This document shows, piece after piece, positions 30,881 to 40,948 of a stretch of DNA of 64,000 nt. Position numbers and translations under genes: made by a program. The DNA is from an uncultured delta proteobacterium (GTDB lineage: Bacteria; Desulfobacterota; Desulfuromonadia; Geobacterales; DSM-12255). Every line of letters begins with the position of its first letter. Positions within the stretch are counted from its first letter, which is position 1. Where the stretch lies: the NCBI GenBank assembly GCA_963787125.1, contig CAWBBV010000018.1, positions 15,188 to 79,187 of the forward strand, given 5' to 3'. Below the pieces are notes generated by a model. That model ran no database searches, was not told the origin of the DNA, and worked only from the letters and a program-made list of their open reading frames with translations.

Positions 30881-31882
30881 ATGAAAACCACACTGAGAAA
30901 ATCTTTCATCACCGCAGCATTTGTTGTGGGCCTAATGCTCACCACAACTTGTGCGTTTGCCGCTGATGTATTGCCCTCCTGGAACGACACTGCATCCAAA
31001 AAGGCCATCGTCGCCTTTGTCGAAAAAGTAACGAAAGAAGGTTCGCCCGATTTTGTACCGGTAACCGAACGGATTGCCACCTTCGACAACGACGGCACCC
31101 TCTGGGCTGAGCAGCCGCTTTATTTTCAGTTCTTCTTTGCCCTCGAACGGGTGAAGACGCTGGCGCCGCAGCATCCCGAGTGGAAGAAGAAGGAACCGTT
31201 CGCTTCGCTGCTGAAGGGGGATGTGAAAGGAGCGCTCAAAGGGGGCGAAGCGGCCATCGGCCAGATTGTCATGGCAACCCATAGCGGCATGACCACAGAG
31301 GAGTTTGCGCAGATCGTTCAAGACTGGATCGTTACCGCCAGACATCCGCTGACCAAAAAGCCCTTTACCGAGATGGTTTATCAGCCGATGCTGGAATTGC
31401 TTGCCTATCTGCGCGCCAACGGCTTCAAGACGTACATCGTCTCCGGTGGCGGCGTCGAATTCATGCGCCCCTGGGCGGAGAAGGTCTACGGCATCCCGCC
31501 GGAGCAGGTCATCGGCAGCAGCGGCAAGCTCAAGATTGATCAACGCAATGGCAAACCGGTGCTGGTCAAGCTGCCGGAAATCAACTCCATCGATGACAAG
31601 GATGGCAAACCGATCAACATCCAGCAACAGATCGGCCGTCGCCCGATCGCCGCCTTCGGCAATTCCGACGGCGACCTGCCGATGCTGCAGTGGACGACCG
31701 CCGGCAAGGGCGCCCGTTTTGCTCTCCTCGTCCACCACACCGACGTTGTCCGTGAGTACGCCTATGACCGCAAGTCGCCTGTCGGCAGGCTTGACAAGGC
31801 GCTCGACGCAGCCAAAACAAATGGCTGGACCGTAGTGGACATGAAGAACGACTGGCAGGTTATTTATCCGTTAGCGAAGTAA
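30881..31882 (+). CDS. exported HAD-family hydrolase (acid phosphatase-like)
   Basis: FDNDGTLW, IVSGG, AFGNSDGD motifs; signal peptide. Confidence 0.9.
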   Translation: MKTTLRKSFITAAFVVGLMLTTTCAFAADVLPSWNDTASKKAIVAFVEKVTKEGSPDFVPVTERIATFDNDGTLWAEQPLYFQFFFALERVKTLAPQHPEWKKKEPFASLLKGDVKGALKGGEAAIGQIVMATHSGMTTEEFAQIVQDWIVTARHPLTKKPFTEMVYQPMLELLAYLRANGFKTYIVSGGGVEFMRPWAEKVYGIPPEQVIGSSGKLKIDQRNGKPVLVKLPEINSIDDKDGKPINIQQQIGRRPIAAFGNSDGDLPMLQWTTAGKGARFALLVHHTDVVREYAYDRKSPVGRLDKALDAAKTNGWTVVDMKNDWQVIYPLAK

Positions 31883-31915
31883 ATTGACGGTTAATCTGTT
31901 ATTCAACAGCAGCAT

Positions 31916-31952
31916 AAACCAAAATTCCGGCAGCCGGAATTTTGGTTTTTTT
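31916..31952 (+). terminator. intrinsic terminator
   Basis: AAACCAAAATTCCGG-CAG-CCGGAATTTTGGTTT plus T run. Confidence 0.8.
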
Positions 31953-32054
31953 ACGCTGGTGAGGTGTGGTACAACGGGTGCAGCATACTGGAGGGCAACA
32001 CCGTACATTTGCAGCAGCCATGACGAAAACGCTTTGCCCGTAACGAGGTAATCC

Positions 32055-32816
32055 ATGAAACCATTCATTTACACCATCATTGTCATTATCTGTACGGTCG
32101 GCGGCGCCCATCTGGGTATGTGGGTCCGCAAGCGGCTCCCCGAGCACCACCTCCATGATGAGACCCGGGATATTGTCAAGCTGGGTGCCGGCCTGATTGC
32201 CACCCTGACCGCTCTCGTCCTCGGCCTGCTGGTCAGTTCGGCCAAAGACACCCTCGATACGATGAACCGGGAGTTGACCCAGGATGGGGCGAAAGTCATT
32301 CTCCTCGACCGCGTTCTGGCTAACTATGGACCGGAAACGAACGCTATCCGCAGCCAGTTGCGCAGCCATGTCGCGCATACGCTCAAACAGGTCTGGCACG
32401 AAGGTGACCCGGATAGTACAGCTCTGAAAACCGCTGAAGATTCACAACCCTTGGAAGAGCTGCAGACACGTTTGCGTAATCTGGCGCCGCGCGACGATGG
32501 CCATCGCCAACTGCAGACGCAGGCGCTCCAGCTGGGCAATGATCTGGCTCTGTCCCGCTGGCTGATTGTGGAAACAACCCAGCGTCAATTGCCGCAAGTC
32601 TTCATTGAGGTACTGCTCTTCTGGCTTGTTGTTCTCTACGTCTGTTATGGTCTCATCGCCCCCCGGAATGGAACGGTCAGGGTTGTTTTCTTCATCAGCG
32701 CCTTTTCCATTGCCGGGGCCATCTTCCTGATCATGGAGATGAGCACTCCGTTCAGCGGCGTCATCAGAGTGTCCAGTGCGCCGATGCACAAGGCGCTCAG
32801 CCTGCTCGGCAAATAA
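32055..32816 (+). CDS. membrane protein (DUF4239/bestrophin-like)
   Basis: ATLTALVLGLLVSSAK, four TMs, EMSTPFSGVIRVS. Confidence 0.7.
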   Translation: MKPFIYTIIVIICTVGGAHLGMWVRKRLPEHHLHDETRDIVKLGAGLIATLTALVLGLLVSSAKDTLDTMNRELTQDGAKVILLDRVLANYGPETNAIRSQLRSHVAHTLKQVWHEGDPDSTALKTAEDSQPLEELQTRLRNLAPRDDGHRQLQTQALQLGNDLALSRWLIVETTQRQLPQVFIEVLLFWLVVLYVCYGLIAPRNGTVRVVFFISAFSIAGAIFLIMEMSTPFSGVIRVSSAPMHKALSLLGK

Positions 32817-32851
32817 GCGCCACGATTAATATGCTCTTTAAAGGACCCCAC

Positions 32852-35218
32852 ATGAAAACAGCAGGACTACTGTTTCTTCTCTGCATGACAGTCACCTCTC
32901 AGTCAATGGCCGCCGAGACCGGGACTGACCCCTATGCCGGTTCCAAAAGCTGCCGCGAGTGCCACGAGCGTTTCTACGGACTCTGGTCAGGATCCATGCA
33001 CGGCCTTGCCATGCAGCCGTACACGGAAACTTTTGCCAGGGAGAAGCTTTCCCCCCAGCAGGATGACGTGATCATCGGCACAAAGCGCTACCGTGCCGAG
33101 GTCGGCTATGTCCTGGAGACCGGAGTAGACGGTAAGAAAAAACAGTTCAAAATTGACTATGCTCTTGGCGGCAAGAATGTTTTCTACTTTCTCACCCCGA
33201 TGGATAAGGGGCGGCTGCAGACCCTGCCGGTGGCCTATGACGTCCGCAAGAAGGAATGGTTCGACACCGCTCTCTCCGGACTGCGCCATTTCCCGGGTCA
33301 GATGAACAGTGAGACACCGGTAGGGTGGCAGGAGTATCCCTACACTTTTAATACCTCCTGCTATGGCTGCCATGTCAGCCAACTGGCCACCAACTACGAC
33401 CTGAAGAGCGACAGCTACAGCACCACCTGGAAAGAACCCGGCATAAACTGCGAGACCTGCCATGGTGGTTCAGAGACCCATAACGCGATCATGCGCAAGC
33501 TCCCCAAGGGTGAAAAGCCGGCTGACAATTCAGATTTCGGCCTGATCCGCACCAAGAAATTCACCCCGGCGCAGCATAACGACGCCTGCAACTCCTGTCA
33601 CTCCAAGGCCATGCCGCTCACCGCCGCCTACAAAACGCCGGAGCGATTTTTAGATCACTTCGACCTGGTAACGCTTGAAAACGCCGATTTCTACCCGGAT
33701 GGTCGCGATCTGGGGGAGAACTACACCCAGACCTCCTGGCGTATGAGCCCCTGCGCCAAGGACGGCAAGTTGCACTGCGTCAACTGCCACACCTCCAGCG
33801 GTCGCTACCGTTTCAAGAAAGAGAAGTTCAACAACGCCTGCCTCCCTTGTCATGAAGAGCGGGTCAGGAATGTTGCGGCCCACAGCCACCATCCGGCTGA
33901 CAGCGAGGCTAGTCGCTGTGTCTCCTGTCACATGCCCAAAACCGAATTTGCCCGGATGCAGCGCTCTGACCACTCCATGCTGCCGCCGACCCCGGCGACG
34001 ACAATCCTTTACCAGTCACCTAATGCCTGTAACGGTTGCCACGGAGACAAAGACGCTGCCTGGGCTGACAAGCTGGTGCGCAGTTGGCGGCAAAGGGACT
34101 ATCAGGCAACCGTGCTTAAACGGGCCGCCCTGATCGATGCGGCGCGCAAACGGGACTGGACAAAGCTGGCGGCAATGCTGACTTATATCGGTGATCCAAA
34201 GAGTGATGAGATCTTTGTCACTTCCCTCATCCGGCTGCTGGGGCGCTGCGACGATCCGAAAAAGGTGCCGGTACTGCGCGCGGCACTTAACAGTCCGTCA
34301 CCGCTGATCCGCGGCGCTGCTGTCGAAGGGCTGGGGCAGAGTCCGAGTATTGAAGTGCTGCAGGATATTGCTGTTGCCACCAGCGACGACTATCGTCTGG
34401 TACGGGTTCGGGCCGCAGCGGCCATGGCCCAGTTTCCTAACATGAGAGCCCAGGGGAAGGGGAAGGAACGGCTCGACAAGGCCACCGACGAGTTTCTGGA
34501 ATCCCTCAGGGCCCGGCCTGACAGTTGGGATGGTCATTATAATCTGGGGAACTACTACCTGGGGCAGAACAAGCCGAAAGAGGCGTTGGTCGAGTACGAC
34601 ATCGCCTACAAGCATGAACCGCAGTCGGTCCTGACCCTGGTCAATGCTGCCATGGCCCATGCCAAGCTGGGAGAGCCTGCCAAAGCTGAAGCTAAGTTGA
34701 ATGAAGCACTGAAGATAAATCCCGACAGTTCGGCGGCCCTCTACAATCTGGGACTGGTCAAGGCTGAACTGGGTGATATTGGTGCAGCAGAGATGAACCT
34801 GAAGGCGGCCTTCACGACCGATCCGCAGCTGGCAGGCGCGGCTTATAACCTTTGCATTATCGCCGCCAAAGATCGCCCGGCCGAGTCGCTGGACTGGTGC
34901 AAAAAGGCGGTAACGCTCCGGCCGCAGGAGCCGAAATATGCTTCAACGTTAGCCTTCTATCAACAGCAGGGGGGCGACAGTGCTGCTGCTGTTACCACCC
35001 TGGTCGCCCTTGTCAGCCGGGTGCCGACCTATCCTGATGCCTACCTTCTGTTGGGAGAAATCTACGAGAAGCAGGGAAAAAAGGCTCAGGCAGTCAAAGT
35101 TTACCAGCAGGCGCTGGCTGTAGAGGGGATATCCCCGAAAGCCAAAGAGTATATAAAGACGAGGCTGGAAGCAGTGCAGGGGCCTGCTAAGACAGGGCCG
35201 CGTTTGCCGAGGAAGTGA
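32852..35218 (+). CDS. octaheme c-type cytochrome with HEAT and TPR repeats
   Basis: Eight CxxCH (CRECH, CYGCH, CETCH, CNSCH, CVNCH, CLPCH, CVSCH, CNGCH), signal peptide, C-terminal YNLG/YLLLG TPR repeats. Confidence 0.9.
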   Translation: MKTAGLLFLLCMTVTSQSMAAETGTDPYAGSKSCRECHERFYGLWSGSMHGLAMQPYTETFAREKLSPQQDDVIIGTKRYRAEVGYVLETGVDGKKKQFKIDYALGGKNVFYFLTPMDKGRLQTLPVAYDVRKKEWFDTALSGLRHFPGQMNSETPVGWQEYPYTFNTSCYGCHVSQLATNYDLKSDSYSTTWKEPGINCETCHGGSETHNAIMRKLPKGEKPADNSDFGLIRTKKFTPAQHNDACNSCHSKAMPLTAAYKTPERFLDHFDLVTLENADFYPDGRDLGENYTQTSWRMSPCAKDGKLHCVNCHTSSGRYRFKKEKFNNACLPCHEERVRNVAAHSHHPADSEASRCVSCHMPKTEFARMQRSDHSMLPPTPATTILYQSPNACNGCHGDKDAAWADKLVRSWRQRDYQATVLKRAALIDAARKRDWTKLAAMLTYIGDPKSDEIFVTSLIRLLGRCDDPKKVPVLRAALNSPSPLIRGAAVEGLGQSPSIEVLQDIAVATSDDYRLVRVRAAAAMAQFPNMRAQGKGKERLDKATDEFLESLRARPDSWDGHYNLGNYYLGQNKPKEALVEYDIAYKHEPQSVLTLVNAAMAHAKLGEPAKAEAKLNEALKINPDSSAALYNLGLVKAELGDIGAAEMNLKAAFTTDPQLAGAAYNLCIIAAKDRPAESLDWCKKAVTLRPQEPKYASTLAFYQQQGGDSAAAVTTLVALVSRVPTYPDAYLLLGEIYEKQGKKAQAVKVYQQALAVEGISPKAKEYIKTRLEAVQGPAKTGPRLPRK

Positions 35219-35604
35219 GAACCAGAAATTACCCTAACCTCTGCGGACGACGGTCTCGTGCGTCACTACTTTGTAGAGGCGCTTGCAACCGAATCGGACT
35301 GGGCGCCATGCGACAAGCGTGGGGGCGGCATAAAGTGCGTCAAACCGGTAAATAATTAGTAGCTACAGTCCTTAGATGGTGTTTTTTTCTCACTGACTGA
35401 TACTGGTCACTGCAAACTTCCTTCAAATTCCAAAGTTGTAACCTTTCTTCTGTGTTCAGAACTATGAATTTACTCTCTATCTCCCCCGGTATTTATCCCG
35501 TGAACATAGAAAACATCTGCCTTTGCAGTAGATTATGCTGCTGCAATCTGTTATGAATACTTCCAAATGGGTATCCCATTCAGCGCTCCTAAATGAGGTG
35601 GAGG

Positions 35605-36222
35605 ATGGCATTATCTGATGATTACCTGCAAGTCACTGCTGACGAGGGGTTGCAGCGTTTAAAGGAAGGCAACGAGCGGTTCCTGTCTGGCAGGGCCCGT
35701 TTTCCCACGATCCGCAATGATGTGCTTGCGGCCCTGGCAAAGGCGCAGCGCCCGTTTGCCACCATCATCGGCTGCAGCGATTCCCGCGTGCCGCCGGAAC
35801 TGCTCTTCGATGCTGATTTCGGTGAACTGTTCGTCATCAGGATCGCCGGAAATGTGTTGTCACCAGAGATTGTCGGCACACTGCAGTATGCCGGCATACA
35901 TCTGAAAACCCAGCTATATGTCATTCTGGGCCATGAAGGCTGCGGCGCCGTACAGGCGGCTGTCGAAATGAAGTTCCGCAACGCCAGAGAGAAATCGCGG
36001 ATTGAAGTCCTGCTGCAGAGCATCCTGCCATGCCTTGATGGTATTGATCCATTGGCAGAGCCGCAGGAACAGGTCGCACAAGCGGTTGAGGCCAATGTCC
36101 GCTGGTCCATGCAGCAGCTGCTGGAATCACCGGAAGGTCGTCTCCGTGCGGCTGAAGGGGTATTTTAGCTGGTAGGGGCGATCTGCGATATTGAAACCGG
36201 CCGGGTGCGTTTCCTGGAGTAA
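35605..36222 (+). pseudogene. beta-class carbonic anhydrase interrupted by in-frame TAG at 36166-36168
   Basis: GCSDSRV, RIAGN, GHEGCGAV; after TAG the same frame continues LVGAICDIETGRVRFLE*. Confidence 0.75.
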
Positions 36223-36272
36223 GATTCGCTCAAAAACAGCAACATTGAACCCGTAGTATTCTTGAGGTAACC

Positions 36273-37958
36273 ATGATTTCATCGTGTCAAAAGTTATATC
36301 GTCTGTTCTGTCTGTCCGTACTGGTGGCGGTACTAGCCTGCGGTCCTGCTGCTGGAGCCGAGCCGGCAAAAACAGTTGGACCACCAGCTGTCAGCGCTGA
36401 TCCTGTTGATCCCGCTGTATCAGTCCAGCCGGCGATTGTTCCAGCTCCCCTGGTTGTGCTCAACCGCACGGTGACGGTGTTTCGCTTCCCCTATTTCGGC
36501 ATTGTTCCGGCAGACCGGGCAGCGCGTGCCAAAAAGGATATCCTGCGGATACTGGATAAAGGGGGTGTGGGGAAAGTCACCATTCAACCGACTGCCCTGG
36601 GGCGGGTTATCCTGATCGATGGCGAGTTTGTCTTTTCTCTGTATCCAAAAGATGTCGATCAACTTGAAGGTGAGACCCTTGACCGGGCAGCACAAAATGC
36701 AGTGCAGGAATTGACCCTTGTCGCAACGGAAACCAGAGAGGTCCGCAATATTTCGGCCATGACCCGTGCAGGGGGGAAGGCTTTGCTGGCTACGGTCGTT
36801 CTGTTGCTGCTGGTATGGGTTATACACCGCATGCGGGTATGGGTCACCGGGCGCATTCTGCCTCTGGTCCAGGAAAAATCGTCACAGCTGCGTATCGACG
36901 GGGAAGCTCTTCTTAACGGTGAACTTGTTCTCAAAGCGGTGAGGTGGGTCTTTGCGATCTTTTACTGGCTCGTAACGCTGGTGATGATCAACGAGTGGCT
37001 CGGGTATACCCTGGGGCTCTTTCCCTATACCCGTCCATGGGGTGATCGTTTGACGCAGTATCTGCTCATTATGGCGGGGACCATCATCAGTAGTATGGTT
37101 TCAACAATACCAAACCTGCTGATTGCATTCATAATATTCCTGATTGCCAAGGCTTTTATCAACCTGCTCAACTCTTTTTTTGATCGGGTGAAAACCGGTG
37201 ATATCAAACTTTCCTGGCTTGATGAAGATACCGTGCGCCCTACGCGTCGACTGGTCGCGGGGGCAATCTGGGTGTTTGCCCTGGCCATGGCCTATCCCTA
37301 TCTGCCCGGTGCTGAGACCCAGGCCTTCAAAGGCCTTTCAGTGCTGCTGGGTCTGATGCTCTCTCTGGGTGCCTCCAGCCTTGTGGGACAGGCAGCCAGC
37401 GGTCTGATCCTGATGTATACCCGCACCCTGCGTGCCGGTGAATACGTCGGTATCAGCGAAAAAGAGGGGACGGTTGTCGATGTCGGCCTATTCACTACCC
37501 GCATTCGTACCGGTATGGGTGAAGAGCTGACCCTGCCCAACTCCTTTATTCTCGGCACGGTCACCAAGAATTATTCGCGGGCGGTTAAGGGGAAAGGCTT
37601 TATTCTCAGCACCACGGTGTCCATAGGCTATGACACCCCCTGGCGGCAGATTCATGCCATGCTGATCGAGGCGGCCCGACGTACCTCGGGTGTGCTGGCT
37701 GATCCGGTGCCACGGGTATTTCAGCACGCACTTGCTGACTATTATCCAGAATACCGCCTTGTCTGTCAGGCGATTCACAGCACATCGCTTTCCCGTGCCG
37801 AGGCGCTGACCGCCCTCCATGCCAATATCCAGGATGTTTTCAATGAATATGGCGTCCAGATCATGTCGCCTCATTACATGAACGATCCGGGTGAGGCAAA
37901 GGTGGTGGCAAAAGCTGACTGGTACGCTGCTCCGGCAGCGCCGCCGAACGAGCGATAA
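36273..37958 (+). CDS. MscS-family mechanosensitive channel
   Basis: GLMLSLG, GEYV, TTRIRT, LPNS, IGYDTPW, GVQIMSP. Confidence 0.9.
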   Translation: MISSCQKLYRLFCLSVLVAVLACGPAAGAEPAKTVGPPAVSADPVDPAVSVQPAIVPAPLVVLNRTVTVFRFPYFGIVPADRAARAKKDILRILDKGGVGKVTIQPTALGRVILIDGEFVFSLYPKDVDQLEGETLDRAAQNAVQELTLVATETREVRNISAMTRAGGKALLATVVLLLLVWVIHRMRVWVTGRILPLVQEKSSQLRIDGEALLNGELVLKAVRWVFAIFYWLVTLVMINEWLGYTLGLFPYTRPWGDRLTQYLLIMAGTIISSMVSTIPNLLIAFIIFLIAKAFINLLNSFFDRVKTGDIKLSWLDEDTVRPTRRLVAGAIWVFALAMAYPYLPGAETQAFKGLSVLLGLMLSLGASSLVGQAASGLILMYTRTLRAGEYVGISEKEGTVVDVGLFTTRIRTGMGEELTLPNSFILGTVTKNYSRAVKGKGFILSTTVSIGYDTPWRQIHAMLIEAARRTSGVLADPVPRVFQHALADYYPEYRLVCQAIHSTSLSRAEALTALHANIQDVFNEYGVQIMSPHYMNDPGEAKVVAKADWYAAPAAPPNER

Positions 37959-38056
37959 CAGTGATGTGCGGAGTGCAGTGGCGAAAACAGTTTAAGTTGG
38001 TATAGTAACAGGGTCGATGTAGGGAAGGGAAAATGACCCGCTGGAAAGGAAGGACC

Positions 38057-38686
38057 ATGGCTTGTCTTACGCCGCTCATTGCCTGCCACGAATGTGATCT
38101 GCTCCAACGGGAGATTCTCCTCCCTCCGGGGAGGGTGGTTTGTTGTGCTCGCTGTGGCGCTGAACTGTATCGCTCTGCCCATAAGAGCCTTGATAAACCA
38201 CTCGCCTTTCTGCTGACCGCTGCCCTGGTGCTGATCATCGCCAACGTGTACCCCATTGTCGGCCTTGAAATCCAGGGGACGAGCAACTCAACCACTCTTT
38301 TTGGCGCTTCTCATGCCCTTTGGGCTCAGGGGATGGAGGCGATCGGCGTTCTCGTCTTCCTGACGACCTTTCTGGTGCCTGCAGTGGAGCTGGTCATAAT
38401 GGGTTATCTCCTCCTGTCGCTGAAGTACGGTCGCAGACCGGCCGGGCTTGCCGTCATGATGCGGGTTCTGCAGCATGTCAACCCCTGGGGGATGGTGGAG
38501 GTTTTCATCCTCGGGGTGATAGTGGCGCTGGTGAAACTCACTCATTACGGCACCCTTATCCCCGACCTCGCTCTCTGGGCATTCGGCATTCTCACCCTGT
38601 TGCTGGCCGCGACCGCATCTTCATTCGACAGTCGCGACGTCTGGGATCGGGCGTCCAGACTGTTGGACAGTGAGGTGCGAGTATGA
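38057..38686 (+). CDS. pqiA: paraquat-inducible protein A (N-terminal half)
   Basis: CHECD...CARCG Zn motif, ANVYP, PWGMVEVF. Confidence 0.9.
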   Translation: MACLTPLIACHECDLLQREILLPPGRVVCCARCGAELYRSAHKSLDKPLAFLLTAALVLIIANVYPIVGLEIQGTSNSTTLFGASHALWAQGMEAIGVLVFLTTFLVPAVELVIMGYLLLSLKYGRRPAGLAVMMRVLQHVNPWGMVEVFILGVIVALVKLTHYGTLIPDLALWAFGILTLLLAATASSFDSRDVWDRASRLLDSEVRV

Positions 38687-39324
38687 GCGATTCACCGCTT
38701 ACAGCTGCCAGCCTCGGTCTTGTCTCCTGTCATACATGCGGCCTGCTTTCGAAGGGTTCGGTTTCAGGCGGCGCAGCCCATTGTCCGCGCTGTTTTGCTG
38801 AGCTTCATTTTCGCAAGCCGGACAGCGTGGCCCGCTCCTGGGCCCTGCTGATCGCGGCGTATATCATGTATATCCCGGCCAATCTGCTGCCGATGATGGA
38901 GACGAGTTCCCTGTTCGGCTCACAGGACGACACTATCATGAGCGGTGTCGTGTACCTCTGGCGTTCAGGTTCCTGGGATCTTGCCCTGATTGTATTCATC
39001 GCCAGCATTATGGTGCCGCTATTAAAACTGATCGCCATGACGGTGCTGCTGATCACGGTGCAGCGCCGCTCAGTCTGGCAGCCGCTCCAGCGGACCAAGC
39101 TCTACCGGATCGTCGAGTTTGTCGGCCGCTGGTCGATGCTGGACATTTATGTTGTTACCATCCTTGCCGCCCTGGTGCAGATCGGCTCACTGGCGACCAT
39201 CAAGGCCGGTCCGGCGGCACTGGCTTTTGGCGCTGTTGTTGTTCTGACCATGTTTTCCGCAATGCAGTTCGACCCCCGATTGATTTGGGATCCACTACAA
39301 AAAGAGAGGCCCGAGCATGACTGA
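38683..39324 (+). CDS. pqiA: paraquat-inducible protein A (C-terminal half)
   Basis: CHTC...CPRC, YIPANLLP, GRWSMLDIY, FDPRLIWD. Confidence 0.92.
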   Translation: MSDSPLTAASLGLVSCHTCGLLSKGSVSGGAAHCPRCFAELHFRKPDSVARSWALLIAAYIMYIPANLLPMMETSSLFGSQDDTIMSGVVYLWRSGSWDLALIVFIASIMVPLLKLIAMTVLLITVQRRSVWQPLQRTKLYRIVEFVGRWSMLDIYVVTILAALVQIGSLATIKAGPAALAFGAVVVLTMFSAMQFDPRLIWDPLQKERPEHD

Positions 39325-40948
39325 CAAGCACGATAATCCTGAGCTCTCCGCCATTCCGGAAGCAGTTGCAGAGCCGAAAAAGACCCATTCGATCCAGCTG
39401 GTCTGGCTTATCCCGATCATTGCCGCGCTGGTGGGTGGAACACTGGCGGTCAAGACCTATCTGCAGAAAGGGCCGACCATCACCATTGCCTTCAAGACCG
39501 GTGAGGGGCTGGAGGCGGGCAAGACCAAGATCAAGTTCCGGGATGTCGAGGTCGGGGTGGTAACAGAGATTGTCATTGCCAAGGATCTCAAGCAGGTGAT
39601 TGCGACTGCCGAACTGAAAAAGGGGGCCACCCCCTATCTGGTGGAAGATACCAGGTTCTGGGTGGTACGTCCCCAGATTTCCGGGGGGAGCGTCACCGGT
39701 CTCGGGACTCTTATGGGCGGCTCCTATATCAACTTTGACATCGGCAAATCCAAGCAGTCGCTGATGGCCTTCAAAGGGCTGGATACTCCGCCGGCCATTA
39801 CCACGGATCTGCCCGGAACCCGCTTTCTGCTGCACGCTCTGGACATCGGTTCGCTGGATATCGGTTCGCCGCTTTATTTCCGGCGTATTCAGGTCGGGCA
39901 GGTTATCTCCTACGATCTTGACAAGGGGGGTAACGGGGTGACCTTTACGGTTTTCGTCAATGCCCCCTATGACCAGTATGTCAAGGCGAACACCCGCTTC
40001 TGGAATGCCAGCGGTATCGACCTCACCGTGGATGCTTCCGGACTGAAGCTGGATACCCAATCGCTGGTTTCGATTCTGGTGGGGGGGATCGCTTTCCAGA
40101 CTCTGGACGCTGAGGGTGAATTTCCGCCCACCTCTCCCAATACCGCCTTTACTCTCTTTGTTAACCGTGAAGAGGCAATGAAGCATCGCGATACGATCAG
40201 CCAGAGCTATTTCATGGTATTCAAGGAGTCGGTGCGGGGCCTGACGGTCGGGGCGCCGGTTGATTTCCGCGGGGTCATTATCGGCGAAGTGACTGATATC
40301 CGCATGGAGCTTGACCCCCGCACCAAGGAAGTCAATATGCTGGTCTTTATCCGTAACTATCCGGAACGCTTCCGTTCACGGGTTGTCGGCAAGTTGCCTT
40401 CGATAAAAGAGAATGAGATGCTCATCGGCAAACTTGTCGAGAGCGGTCTGCGGGCGCAGCTCAAGAGCGGCAATATGCTGACAGGGCAGCTTTATGTTGC
40501 CCTGGACTTTTTCCCCAATGCCAAGAAAGCAAAGATAGACAGGGCGAAGAACCCGCCCCAGTTTCCGACTACTCCCGGCAGTCTGGTAGAGTTGCAGGCG
40601 ACTCTGGATAAAATCCTCAAGAAAATGGATGATCTGCCGCTTTCAGAAATTGTCGCTGAAGTGCGTCAGACTGTGCAAAGCCTTGATGCAACTCTCAAGA
40701 GCGCAGACAAAACAATCAAGCGGGTAGATGCCGATATCGTGCCGGAGATACGGGCGGCACTGGAAGAGGCGCGGAAAACTCTGGGTGCCGCCAAACAGAC
40801 TCTGTCGGCTGATGCGCCGCTGCAGACCGACCTGCGCGAGACGCTCCGCGAACTCTCCAAGGCAGCCCAGTCGCTGCGGGTCTTGACCGATTATCTGGAG
40901 CGTCACCCGGAAAACCTGATCCGTGGCAAACAGGAGGATAAACCATGA
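39317..40948 (+). CDS. pqiB: PqiB/MCE-domain intermembrane transport protein
   Basis: VWLIP, GPTITIAF, three MCE repeats, LERHPENLIRG. Confidence 0.93.
   Translation: MTDKHDNPELSAIPEAVAEPKKTHSIQLVWLIPIIAALVGGTLAVKTYLQKGPTITIAFKTGEGLEAGKTKIKFRDVEVGVVTEIVIAKDLKQVIATAELKKGATPYLVEDTRFWVVRPQISGGSVTGLGTLMGGSYINFDIGKSKQSLMAFKGLDTPPAITTDLPGTRFLLHALDIGSLDIGSPLYFRRIQVGQVISYDLDKGGNGVTFTVFVNAPYDQYVKANTRFWNASGIDLTVDASGLKLDTQSLVSILVGGIAFQTLDAEGEFPPTSPNTAFTLFVNREEAMKHRDTISQSYFMVFKESVRGLTVGAPVDFRGVIIGEVTDIRMELDPRTKEVNMLVFIRNYPERFRSRVVGKLPSIKENEMLIGKLVESGLRAQLKSGNMLTGQLYVALDFFPNAKKAKIDRAKNPPQFPTTPGSLVELQATLDKILKKMDDLPLSEIVAEVRQTVQSLDATLKSADKTIKRVDADIVPEIRAALEEARKTLGAAKQTLSADAPLQTDLRETLRELSKAAQSLRVLTDYLERHPENLIRGKQEDKP

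Noticed and set aside
38057..39324. Split pqiA as a pseudogene
   Set aside because: Both halves have their own starts and ATGA coupling; a two-gene PqiA arrangement is common
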